Shown here: positions 63,812 through 64,000 of the stretch, piece by piece | Numbering within the stretch: the stretch's first letter is position 1 | Layout: every line of letters starts with the position of its first letter | From: Ramazzottius varieornatus | Taxonomy: Eukaryota > Animalia > Tardigrada | DNA: 64,000 nt | Direction: 5' to 3' | NCBI GenBank assembly: GCA_001949185.1 | Contig: BDGG01000002.1 | Coordinates: forward strand, 7,988,448 to 8,052,447 | Position numbers and translations under genes: made by a program | Notes under the pieces: generated by a model | Databases searched by the model: none | What the model saw: the letters and a program-made list of their open reading frames with translations, nothing else | What the model was told of the DNA's origin: nothing

Positions 63812-64000
63812 TCAATTTTCTTCTTGGCTTTCTTCGCCGGCCGTGGGCTCTTTGGAACCTGCGCCACCGGCTTGCGTGTGGCCGTCCGCGTCCAGCCAAG
63901 ACTCTTCCACGATGGCCGACACACGCTTCTCGTACTCACGACGGTCCGCTGAGTACAACTGGGCTGCGAGTGAGTTCGCAGGACTGTTGGGGTTGGGCGC
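63812..64000 (-). CDS. UBE2A: Ubiquitin-conjugating enzyme RAD6/UBE2A-B, C-terminal part (runs off the window)
   Basis: [34 protein letters not shown] matches the RAD6 C-terminus. Stop at 63812-63814. Confidence 0.88.
   Translation of the reverse strand, partial: APNPNSPANSLAAQLYSADRREYEKRVSAIVEESWLDADGHTQAGGAGSKEPTAGEESQEEN

Overview
Gene-dense eukaryotic (animal) DNA of about 48-50% GC with mostly 60-90 nt spliceosomal introns. The style resembles a compact tardigrade-like genome, but that is inference and the species cannot be read from the sequence. Genes in order: a small orphan gene (-); a receptor guanylyl-cyclase-like gene with a PstS-fold ectodomain and a degenerate cyclase (-); MED31 (-) head-to-head with NELF-C/D (+); ORC2 (-); a CRE-type retrotransposon relic beside an assembly gap; a DNAH7-like axonemal dynein heavy chain (-); tensin (+); a class A peptide-type GPCR (-); an L27 plus 13-PDZ MPDZ-like gene (+); and the 3' end of RAD6/UBE2A-B (-). 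The main unexplained structure is a dispersed palindromic element with core CAAGTGGCGCAC-N25-GTGCGCCACTTG inside a fold-back of about 130 bp. I count 34 cores at 27 loci, all inside introns of five genes and none in exons or intergenic DNA. The arms and the spacer length are conserved while the spacer and outer arms diverge. A second palindromic family and two TA-flanked MITEs fill many of the other enlarged introns. All coordinates and counts were read by eye.
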